Of a DNA stretch of 64,000 nt, positions 18,424 through 25,674 are shown in pieces. Source of the DNA: a virus; IMG/VR virus record IMGVR_UViG_3300050821_004765, positions 10,239 through 74,238 of that record. The stretch is one strand, 5' to 3'. Position 1 is the stretch's first letter. The number at the start of each line of letters is the position of its first letter. The notes below the pieces were generated by a model, which worked only from the letters and a program-made list of their open reading frames with translations, had not been told where the DNA came from and ran no database searches. Both the position numbers and the translations under genes were made by a program.

Positions 18424-18671
18424 CTGCCCGCCAATCTTGCTCGTTCAGTAGTACATGGCCACACGGTACCGCACTCTAAACACAATGGAAAGAAAAAGCC
18501 ATGGTCTATTTGGTGGATTGCCCGCATATTTGCTAACTGCCGGTACATTGATTCGACTTCATCTGCATGTACAATAATAACTTTGTGATCTTTTTCATCT
18601 AAAAGTTCCATACCCATAAATGTAATTTTATCGCCACAAGGCTGAAGTTTTGTACCGCTAAGGTCTGTCAT
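18420..18671 (-). CDS. hypothetical protein
   Basis: H...CLECGTVWPCTT motif common in actinophage small proteins. Confidence 0.65.
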   Translation of the reverse strand: MTDLSGTKLQPCGDKITFMGMELLDEKDHKVIIVHADEVESMYRQLANMRAIHQIDHGFFFPLCLECGTVWPCTTERARLAGR

Positions 18672-18674
18672 GAT

Positions 18675-19712
18675 TTAGCCAAACACAATCGTGTCGAAGA
18701 GGCCGAGTTGGACAATAGTGTCACAGACGCTGGAGTCGCTATCGCCGTCGGTACCATTGGTGAGGTCTTGAATGAGAAATTGGCGGTAGTACGCACTAAG
18801 GTGCATACCGAACCCATTCATGATAGGTGCAGTTCGAGTTTGCTTAGCTGCTTTAGCCTGCTCAGCTGCATCTGCGTGCAGTTGCTTGCTTTGGTCAAAG
18901 CTTTCTGGCAATACCCCGCCAAGCTCGTCTGGGTTGCAATCCTGGCTATGTGGCGGGTTACCCAAGCTATCACGCCCACCAAAGCACCATTCCCAGAACC
19001 GCATGATGCCTAGCTCAATGGTATCGATGGTAATTGCTAGTTGTAGCTGCTGTTTGCCATCCTGCATCTTGGCTTCGCCGCTGAGCAATGGGTGGTCTGC
19101 TGACAACCCAAAGTTGCTGAAGGTGTTGCGTGGGTACATTTGTGTTGTTGGGTTGGGGTCGTCGATGTCGCTGAGGTCTGGGTCTGGGTCTTCAGCGTCA
19201 ACGACGATTGCCTTGAATGCGGCTAGCTCTGCCGTTTGGTCTGCAGGGTCGTCGTCATTGTAGCTGTAACCGGAGTTGTAGCCAGTTTTGTAGTCTAGCA
19301 GCTTGGCCCAGTAGTTGATACCACCTTCACAGGCAGTGGTGAACACATACTGCAGGAACTCTACTCGTGCTGGAGTTCGGGGCATTACCACATTATCTAG
19401 CATAGTTGGGCGTTTTACCTTTCTGCGGAGTTGCCTGGTATAGTAATTGTTGGGGCCGAACGACGGCTCTGGGATAGTAATTTCATGCAAGGGCAGTATG
19501 TTGTTGTGCGCAAGGAGGTTGGCAGGCAAGTCGTGGTGAATGTTAACAGAAAATTTGCATGTAGTACAAACGTAGTCGTTATGGGCTTGTCTAGGGTCTG
19601 CGGTCCAGGAAATATTGTTGGTGGCTCGGCCAGCATCTGCGCCGCGGTACCATATTGTACCATTGGTATCCCTCCTGGCTGGGTAGAGCGTGGCGATGTC
19701 TAGTGGTGGCAT
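18675..19712 (-). CDS. hypothetical protein
   Basis: TACEGGINYWA...CDTIVQLGLFDTIVFG. Start moved to MPPLDI to avoid a 140-nt overlap. Confidence 0.7.
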   Translation of the reverse strand: MPPLDIATLYPARRDTNGTIWYRGADAGRATNNISWTADPRQAHNDYVCTTCKFSVNIHHDLPANLLAHNNILPLHEITIPEPSFGPNNYYTRQLRRKVKRPTMLDNVVMPRTPARVEFLQYVFTTACEGGINYWAKLLDYKTGYNSGYSYNDDDPADQTAELAAFKAIVVDAEDPDPDLSDIDDPNPTTQMYPRNTFSNFGLSADHPLLSGEAKMQDGKQQLQLAITIDTIELGIMRFWEWCFGGRDSLGNPPHSQDCNPDELGGVLPESFDQSKQLHADAAEQAKAAKQTRTAPIMNGFGMHLSAYYRQFLIQDLTNGTDGDSDSSVCDTIVQLGLFDTIVFG

Positions 19713-19713
19713 G

Positions 19714-19977
19714 TTAAAGGTCTTGCCCAGCCGATATGCTGAGCACCAAGTGCCCAACAAATCTACAGTTTGGCCAGCAACCATTTGGGCCCTCTGCGCA
19801 AGTGTGCATACCGTAGCTGACAATCTGCTTGCTGACACCGCAATCGCTGTCATAGCCGATCACTATTGGTGTGTCAAATGGGTACTCTGCGTGAACCTCT
19901 GTTGGGTTTGTGCATAATGCACTAAGTAAGTCACCTAATGTGCTAGGTGTTTTATCTGGTTCTTGCTTTTCTGCCAT
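19714..19977 (-). CDS. hypothetical protein
   Basis: Start overlaps the upstream stop. Confidence 0.55.
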   Translation of the reverse strand: MAEKQEPDKTPSTLGDLLSALCTNPTEVHAEYPFDTPIVIGYDSDCGVSKQIVSYGMHTCAEGPNGCWPNCRFVGHLVLSISAGQDL

Positions 19978-20363
19978 TAGTAGCGCACCACCTTATTCAT
20001 ATCATCGTCTGCTTTGTCGATCACCTTTGCACTTTCTGGGCAAAGGTATGTGGTTGCGTAATACCCCGCCTCAGCGGCTTCGTGTGGGCTATTGTATTTG
20101 CTAAGCAGCAACGTTGCTACCATATTCGCGCCAGCGTCGGTAGGGTTGTTTTGCAGAATGGCGCAAACCTGCGTGCCGATAATGTAGTCTTTGCTGCTTT
20201 GCTCCGCGGTATATGGGTTAGTTGGCGGTTCTGCAGTAAGTGGTGTCTGGGTATCTGTGCTGGTTGGGTCTGGGTGTGCAGTGGCGGGGTACATAGCCGC
20301 TGCTACAGCCGTGGCTGCCAGCGCTAGCAAGGTTTTGGCTGCAGTTTTGGTGGGCATTACCAT
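19977..20363 (-). CDS. secreted DUF732-like protein
   Basis: Signal peptide (KTLLALAATAVAAA..ATA-HP), G.QVC..L and A..YLCPE motifs. Confidence 0.65.
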   Translation of the reverse strand: MVMPTKTAAKTLLALAATAVAAAMYPATAHPDPTSTDTQTPLTAEPPTNPYTAEQSSKDYIIGTQVCAILQNNPTDAGANMVATLLLSKYNSPHEAAEAGYYATTYLCPESAKVIDKADDDMNKVVRY

Positions 20364-21169
20364 TTTTGTGTGCCTCCATGGAGTATGTTTTTGAGTTGTT
20401 CGTTGGTAAGTGCATTCGCTTTGGAGCGAATGCGCGCCACTTCTTCGAGTGTACGAAATGCCGGTGCTTTATCCTTTCGGTTCTTGGCATTTGGCAATAC
20501 GTGCTTAACGGGCGCTTGTTTAGCATCTGGGTTGTCTGGGTTATTCAAGTTGATTTGGTCTTCTGGGCGCTTTGCTTCATATTCAGCAATAGCTTTTTCT
20601 ACTTCTGGTATGGGATTAAACGCTAGGTTTGCAGCTGGGTGTAGCTGCTGTTCTGATTTCTTTTGCTGCTCACGTGCGAGCTGTTTTGCGCGCAATCTGA
20701 GGATTCTTTTTGCTTCTGGGCTTACTATTTGGTCTAGCCCAACGCTAGCATCCATGAGTGCTGCATGCCCTAAGCGCGCGGTCGAGCGTGCGTATGCGAC
20801 TGCTTCTTTATGGCTGAGTCCAGTTGCCCGCATCTTGCGGTAGTACACAACGTGCTGTTTGAGTTTTGGATCTAACCCCGCCTGGAGTATGCGGTTGTAC
20901 TCGTGACCTCTGGGGCGCAGGTGCGGTGGAAGCTTGGTGGGGGTGGCCTCTGTGATTGGCTGGGAGACTTTTTTGTCGCGCATATTTTGCGCGCGTTTGG
21001 CTTGGGCTCGCTGTAATTGTCGCTTACGGTGCGCTGCGGATGATGCTTTTGAACGGCGGTAATGTGCCAAAGCGTCTTTGGAAAGTGGGTCTAACCCCAG
21101 CTCTCGCATACCTAAAAACTCGTCGCGCGTCTGGCCTGGCAGCCTTGGCGGTAGCTTTTCGTAGCCCAT
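20357..21169 (-). CDS. basic hypothetical protein with internal duplication
   Basis: 270 aa, K/R-rich; AGGGG SD; follows the promoter at 21237-21265. Confidence 0.7.
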   Translation of the reverse strand: MGYEKLPPRLPGQTRDEFLGMRELGLDPLSKDALAHYRRSKASSAAHRKRQLQRAQAKRAQNMRDKKVSQPITEATPTKLPPHLRPRGHEYNRILQAGLDPKLKQHVVYYRKMRATGLSHKEAVAYARSTARLGHAALMDASVGLDQIVSPEAKRILRLRAKQLAREQQKKSEQQLHPAANLAFNPIPEVEKAIAEYEAKRPEDQINLNNPDNPDAKQAPVKHVLPNAKNRKDKAPAFRTLEEVARIRSKANALTNEQLKNILHGGTQKW

Positions 21170-21236
21170 TTTACTGCCCCCTAACGGTTTGAAGAGTTGG
21201 AGTCGGGTGGCCTCGCGGTTTTTCGCTGAGGTCTTA

Positions 21237-21265
21237 AGTATACCTTGGCATAACCGAAAAGTAAA
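21237..21265 (-). promoter_or_regulatory. SigA-like promoter TTTACT-N17-TATACT
   Basis: Reverse complement of agtata-ccttggcataaccgaaa-agtaaa. Confidence 0.75.
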
Positions 21266-21331
21266 TATCTAAGGGTTTGCAGAGGTGAATAGGAGTGATA
21301 CTAGAGACTGCACTAGGTTATTCGGCGAAAA

Positions 21332-21588
21332 GGTAACCATGGTTACCGACGAGCGAACCCATGGTAACCGCTGGTCGGAGGGGGTATAGAGCTAGAGGTA
21401 ACCAGTTAACTAGCGCACGACTAGTCTCCCTATAGGTATATATACGGGAGCCCTATATAACCCCTATTTTCTCGCTGATGCGTATTCGTTTTTATTTGGT
21501 AAAAGCTAACTTTAAGATATAAAATATAGGTTGATCAGGGAAAATAGAGGTTACCAAAGGGGTAACCAGTTAGGGGGTGATGGTTATC
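21332..21588. repeat. clustered GGTWACC palindromic repeats flanking an AT-rich stretch (origin-like)
   Basis: GGTAACC/GGTTACC at 21332, 21341, 21363, 21397, 21549 and 21561; variant GGTTATC at 21582. Confidence 0.7.
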
Positions 21589-21833
21589 TTATTGATGTAT
21601 AATATTAACGCTTGCGTTAATTATGAGTTGCAGCTCTGAATTTGTATTTTTAACAGTTTACCACTTTCAAACGCTGCAACGCGCGTATAAGTCAGCTTAT
21701 ATTGTTAGGTGGCCTAGCAAAATTTCCGGCCTCCAGCACCATAACTCACAGGTGGCCTTAGCGCTAATATTTGGGTAAGTTACGAGTTGCAAGTTATCAA
21801 AAAGTTACGTTACTCTTTTCATGTTTCCGTAAC

Positions 21834-21878
21834 GCAAAAAACCGGGTCGCCCCACAAGTCAGTGAAGCGCCCGGTTCA
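21834..21878 (-). terminator. intrinsic terminator of the leftward small-gene operon
   Basis: Minus strand AACCGGGCGCTTCAC-tgactt-GTGGGGCGACCCGGTT followed by TTTT. Confidence 0.8.
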
Positions 21879-21887
21879 GCAGGTGGC

Positions 21888-21953
21888 CTAGAAGTAGTAA
21901 GCAAACAGGAACGTCAACGCCCCACCCACCATTCCCATACCAATAGTAAACAT
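21888..21953 (-). CDS. 21-aa hydrophobic peptide (not in ORF track)
   Basis: MFTIGMGMVGGALTFLFAYYF; TGATG overlap with the upstream gene; TG depletion ends at its stop. Confidence 0.5.
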   Translation of the reverse strand: MFTIGMGMVGGALTFLFAYYF

Positions 21954-22237
21954 CAGCGGTCCATTCGCTTTCCTTCATTCAAGTTAAACTCCACTAGCGC
22001 TTCGGCCATACACCAAGCGCACACCAGAGAGTTATCATCATCGGGCGTCAGCAACACCGCGGGGGATTCTCCGGGAATACCACAACGCTCACAAACACCA
22101 GTTTCGGTAAACGGTACCGTACTAGCAATAAGTAGTTCTTCTACCATTCCGCGGTCTTCAGCCACGGTAGCATCGCGTAACGTCGTCACCAACGTTACCG
22201 CAAAATCTAGGTAGCTACTATCCCAAGGTTCAGTCAC
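21953..22237 (-). CDS. small zinc-binding protein (putative early)
   Basis: CERC...CAWC; GAGGG SD; contains no His or Gln. Confidence 0.7.
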   Translation of the reverse strand: MTEPWDSSYLDFAVTLVTTLRDATVAEDRGMVEELLIASTVPFTETGVCERCGIPGESPAVLLTPDDDNSLVCAWCMAEALVEFNLNEGKRMDR

Positions 22238-22318
22238 GATATTCCCTCATTTCAGTTTCGTAGGCAAATTTAAATGCAGGAATAAGGGCGACCAAGGTCG
22301 CCCCTATCACCAGATATA

Positions 22319-22423
22319 TCAACGCGCGGCCTTTCGAATAGCCCAAGCTTCAGCTTTCGCAAATAACGGCGGTAGTAGCGCTACCAGCAACAACACAGTC
22401 GCCGCGCTTACCCAGAACATCAT
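22319..22423 (-). CDS. 34-aa membrane peptide (putative early; not in ORF track)
   Basis: MMFWVSAATVLLLVALLPPLFAKAEAWAIRKAAR; starts 5 nt after the upstream stop. Confidence 0.55.
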   Translation of the reverse strand: MMFWVSAATVLLLVALLPPLFAKAEAWAIRKAAR

Positions 22424-22428
22424 TTCGG

Positions 22429-22632
22429 TTACGCCACTTTCGCAACTACAGCGAGCGCGTACTCGATTTCAGCAAGTAACGCCGGCATCGTTCGGTAGAT
22501 ACTCACACCACGGCGTACCGCCCGCAAATACGCATCACCTTTCGGGCCGCGTTTCACAGCAGGCACCTTATACTTATCCGCATACGTTTCCGCGCGGGTA
22601 AGCACAGCATTATACATCTCAAGACTCGTCAT
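22429..22632 (-). CDS. hypothetical protein (putative early)
   Basis: GAAAGGTCTCTGAAATG start context; contains no His or Gln. Confidence 0.7.
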   Translation of the reverse strand: MTSLEMYNAVLTRAETYADKYKVPAVKRGPKGDAYLRAVRRGVSIYRTMPALLAEIEYALAVVAKVA

Positions 22633-22685
22633 TTCAGAGACCTTTCCTAGGCACAGGAAAGACGTACCGATTAGTACGCCATACC

Positions 22686-22717
22686 CGAACCGGGGAAACT
22701 TATTCCACCCGGTTCGA
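22686..22717. other. intergenic stem-loop
   Basis: CGAACCGGG...CCCGGTTCG inverted repeat; a second one (GGGCGACC-aa-GGTCGCCC) lies near 22286-22303. Confidence 0.6.
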
Positions 22718-22736
22718 GTAAAGCGCGCTAAGCGGT

Positions 22737-23081
22737 TCAGACTTCGACCGGAATACCGAGCGACTCCAGCAGGGCAATCGCGTCGGCCTTCTTCTTCTCA
22801 GTCCGCTCCGCGTTCTTCTCGGTCCGCTTCGAGGCAGTAACGGCGTTAACCGCGGCCTTCAGTTCCGGCGAACCGTTCTTCCAGGACTGGAACTCGGAGT
22901 GGTACTTAACGACGGCGGCGATCTGATCGGCATCGAGTCCCAGTTCCGGGAAACGCTTCTGGAAGTAAAGCGTTTCCAGAGCGACCGTACCAGTCACCTT
23001 CGCTTCGCTCGCTTCGCCGACAACGCTTTCCAGCTCGGCGATCACATCGGCGTTAGCGGAAACGATTTCAATAGCAGACAT
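22737..23081 (-). CDS. hypothetical protein (putative early), paralog of 5059..5787
   Basis: GAGAGGTCTTTGAAATG start context; high-GC3 host-like codons; HSEFQSW motif. Confidence 0.8.
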   Translation of the reverse strand: MSAIEIVSANADVIAELESVVGEASEAKVTGTVALETLYFQKRFPELGLDADQIAAVVKYHSEFQSWKNGSPELKAAVNAVTASKRTEKNAERTEKKKADAIALLESLGIPVEV

Positions 23082-23137
23082 TTCAAAGACCTCTCAGTTC
23101 GTCCGTTCGCTCGGATCGGCGAATCGGTACGTCTACG

Positions 23138-23166
23138 ACGCTACTGGCCCGGCGAGAGAAAGTCTA
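23138..23166 (-). promoter_or_regulatory. promoter TAGACT-N17-TAGCGT
   Basis: Same -35 and spacing as the 9690 and 13492 promoters; TANNNT -10. Confidence 0.65.
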
Positions 23167-23453
23167 GTCCGGAGCGAGATCGTTACCTAATCGTTACCGA
23201 AGTCGATACAGGCCTCTCATTCGCCCGTACACGAACGCAAGCCCGTCTCCGGTCCCGTCTATCGCGACGCGCGGTATCGTCCGCGACACGAGCGTACAGC
23301 GGCCCGCACGAACGGGCCTACCGACCGCGCGACGGGTCGCCGGAGCGGGCGTTCGAACGTACGTACGAAAAGTAAGGTAACCCTAACCCCTAGGGAGGGC
23401 GGTGCAGCTGTTCCGTGCTCGCGAAATTTTTGCATGCACGTATAAAAACAACT

Positions 23454-23485
23454 TAGCCTAGCTAACTGTTGTAAGCGCGTATACT
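23454..23485 (+). promoter_or_regulatory. probable leaderless promoter (-10 TATACT, 6 nt before ATG 23492)
   Basis: gcgcgTATACTactcacATG; -35 unclear. Confidence 0.5.
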
Positions 23486-23491
23486 ACTCAC

Positions 23492-24073
23492 ATGACGCTC
23501 CCCTGGGATCACCAAGACGAGTACCCAAGTCCACTTGGGTCTGGCCCCACGGCTATCAACTATGGGTACCCATTCCAAGTGGTCGGCCCAACTACACCAG
23601 AGCGTGCAGCCGAAGCACGCGCCACAGGCATTCCCAATCCATCACCACCCGTCGAGTACCAACCGCCTCGGTCGCCAACCTACGACCCAACCTATGGCGG
23701 ACTCCCACCCGACAAAAATACCAATTTCAACCCCAAGATGCCCAGGGACCCATTCAACACTCTACACGCCAGAGAGTCAGAAACAGAGTTCTCTTGGGGT
23801 GAGGGCATGTACCCAGACCCCATCCTGGACTACAGTGGCAGAGGTTCACGCTCCAGATTCCCGGTCGCGGACCCAGATGTCAGAGACCAGCTCCGCAACC
23901 TTGCTGCGCTACGGCGTACTGACCTCAGCAGTCCCTTCGCAGTCGCAGACCCGTACGTTGCTGGTAACCCAGACCGCTATGGTGCGCAGCCGCCGTTGGT
24001 GCGTAAGCGCGGGCGTTACAAGCGTGGCCACATTGATATCCCCAAGCCCCCACGTATGCACAGAGAGTGGTGA
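23492..24073 (+). CDS. proline-rich hypothetical protein, first rightward gene
   Basis: 193-aa ORF after a promoter-like element. Confidence 0.6.
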   Translation: MTLPWDHQDEYPSPLGSGPTAINYGYPFQVVGPTTPERAAEARATGIPNPSPPVEYQPPRSPTYDPTYGGLPPDKNTNFNPKMPRDPFNTLHARESETEFSWGEGMYPDPILDYSGRGSRSRFPVADPDVRDQLRNLAALRRTDLSSPFAVADPYVAGNPDRYGAQPPLVRKRGRYKRGHIDIPKPPRMHREW

Positions 24074-24082
24074 CGCACGCAA

Positions 24083-25345
24083 ATGGCACCGCAAAACCAA
24101 CAGGTCACCCCGGCATTTGTCAGCACAGAGGCACGCGAAGCGCACACCAAAGCCGTTGTACAGGCGGGGTTGATGTCACGCAATGACCAGCTACGCTTAG
24201 GCTTTCTTAAACCGGAGGACCTGGACGACGAAGAGATTGCGCATGGCACTGCCCGTGAGCCAGATGAAGACCCTGACATCCCGCTCAGCAAGCACATTGC
24301 GCGCCGGCAACGGCGCACGGGCAAGAACCGCAAGCGCACTGCATTGGGCACGCACAGCTACTACATGGCGCCCGACCAAGCTATGCCGCTCGACGTGTTT
24401 ACTGCCATGCAACAGGAGCACCAGAGGAGACTGGACAACTACCTGCGCAGCAATATCAACGAGGCATTGACTACAATTGTTGAGGTTATGCAGGACCAGA
24501 CTGCAGAGCCGCGCGACCGCATGGATGCAGCGAAGTACATATTTGAGCGCGTGGCGGGGAAGACACCTGACAAGGTCGAGGTTAAAGTTGATAAGGCACC
24601 CTGGGAAGAGGTGCTTACTGGTATTGCTAACGTTAGCCGTAGCATATCCCAGAAACTCAACAACGCCACCAACCAAGACCCCAATGACCCAGACAATATC
24701 ATGGATGTGGAATCCATACCAGAAGAAGATTTACCACAGCCGCGCATGTATGGGTACATCCAGACTACTACAGACTTTGACCCCACAAACCCCTACCAGC
24801 CACAGCCACAAACAGAAGACAACCAAACTGCTAACTTTGATATTAACCAGCCGCAAGAGGCTGGAGCTATGCCGATTTACCAGCCGGCAGGACAAGAGCT
24901 AGCTGTCCCTGACCACGACGAACAAGCTACGGTGCCGAGTAGCCAGTTTGCGCCACCACACCCCAGGGCCAATAGCTTTGCTGCGCCAGACTTTAGCAAC
25001 CCGCGGAATACCTCCAGCACGATGCCAAACACCTACGACCACCCGTTATACCAGGCACAAGAGGTGTACGCTGCGCCGAGCGAACCCTTGAGTGGCTACC
25101 TGCGCGAGCAGCAGGCACGAGCTGAAGAACTAGCAGTAGAGCGGAAAGCACAGAAAGCCAAACAAAAGGACACACAGGATAACCGGAAAGCTGCAAGTAA
25201 AGCACGCTTGCAAGCTAAGCAACGCCGGATCGTGCGGCGCACCATGGGCATGGATGCCATGGATAACAGCGAAATCCAGATGACAGAAACGCCATTAGGT
25301 GATACAGACAGTGAAGAATACCAGATTAAGTTCAGCGCGGACTAG
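24083..25345 (+). CDS. possible terminase small subunit-like protein
   Basis: Helical core ALTTIVEVMQD..AEPRDRMDAAKYIFERVAGKTPDKVEV typical of small-terminase-like proteins; long disordered C-part; position upstream of TerL. Confidence 0.5.
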   Translation: MAPQNQQVTPAFVSTEAREAHTKAVVQAGLMSRNDQLRLGFLKPEDLDDEEIAHGTAREPDEDPDIPLSKHIARRQRRTGKNRKRTALGTHSYYMAPDQAMPLDVFTAMQQEHQRRLDNYLRSNINEALTTIVEVMQDQTAEPRDRMDAAKYIFERVAGKTPDKVEVKVDKAPWEEVLTGIANVSRSISQKLNNATNQDPNDPDNIMDVESIPEEDLPQPRMYGYIQTTTDFDPTNPYQPQPQTEDNQTANFDINQPQEAGAMPIYQPAGQELAVPDHDEQATVPSSQFAPPHPRANSFAAPDFSNPRNTSSTMPNTYDHPLYQAQEVYAAPSEPLSGYLREQQARAEELAVERKAQKAKQKDTQDNRKAASKARLQAKQRRIVRRTMGMDAMDNSEIQMTETPLGDTDSEEYQIKFSAD

Positions 25346-25371
25346 AACCCCCAAAAAGTATCAGGTATACT
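25343..25371 (+). promoter_or_regulatory. promoter TAGAAC-N17-TATACT
   Basis: Matches the phage promoter family (GGTATACT). Confidence 0.7.
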
Positions 25372-25470
25372 AACTAGTGTGCGCACCCGCCACAGCGCCC
25401 ACCCGCTGCCCTAGCTAGGTTGGACTCGTCACCGCCTAGCTAGGGCAACGGCCCAAATACAGCAGGAGCT

Positions 25471-25668
25471 ATGATGGCAAGTAGTTGGCAACAAGTTGGC
25501 TGCCGTGCTTTGCAGCCGATCCCGCGTGTCGTGGATAACACCGCGGAATTGGCGATCCGGCAGTGGGCAATTACGTCGAGCCATGTGCCTGTGCGCACCA
25601 GTGATATGCCTGGTGGACCTGGTACCTTCAGCCCGTACGGCAACATCAACTTCCTGGGTGGTACGTAA
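25471..25668 (+). CDS. hypothetical protein
   Basis: CAGGAG SD before ATGATG. Confidence 0.45.
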   Translation: MMASSWQQVGCRALQPIPRVVDNTAELAIRQWAITSSHVPVRTSDMPGGPGTFSPYGNINFLGGT

Positions 25669-25674
25669 ACCATC

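Noticed and set aside
21771-23375. Plus-strand ORFs 21771..22214 and 22899..23375
   Set aside because: Likely by-products of TG depletion (no TGA stops on that strand). They are antisense to genes with good SD sites, a promoter and a terminator.
21886-23402. CA-specific RNase evasion as the sole explanation of the TG-free island
   Set aside because: Depletion continues about 240 nt upstream of the promoter, and same-strand patches occur in rightward genes whose mRNA keeps CA. Kept only as an alternative.
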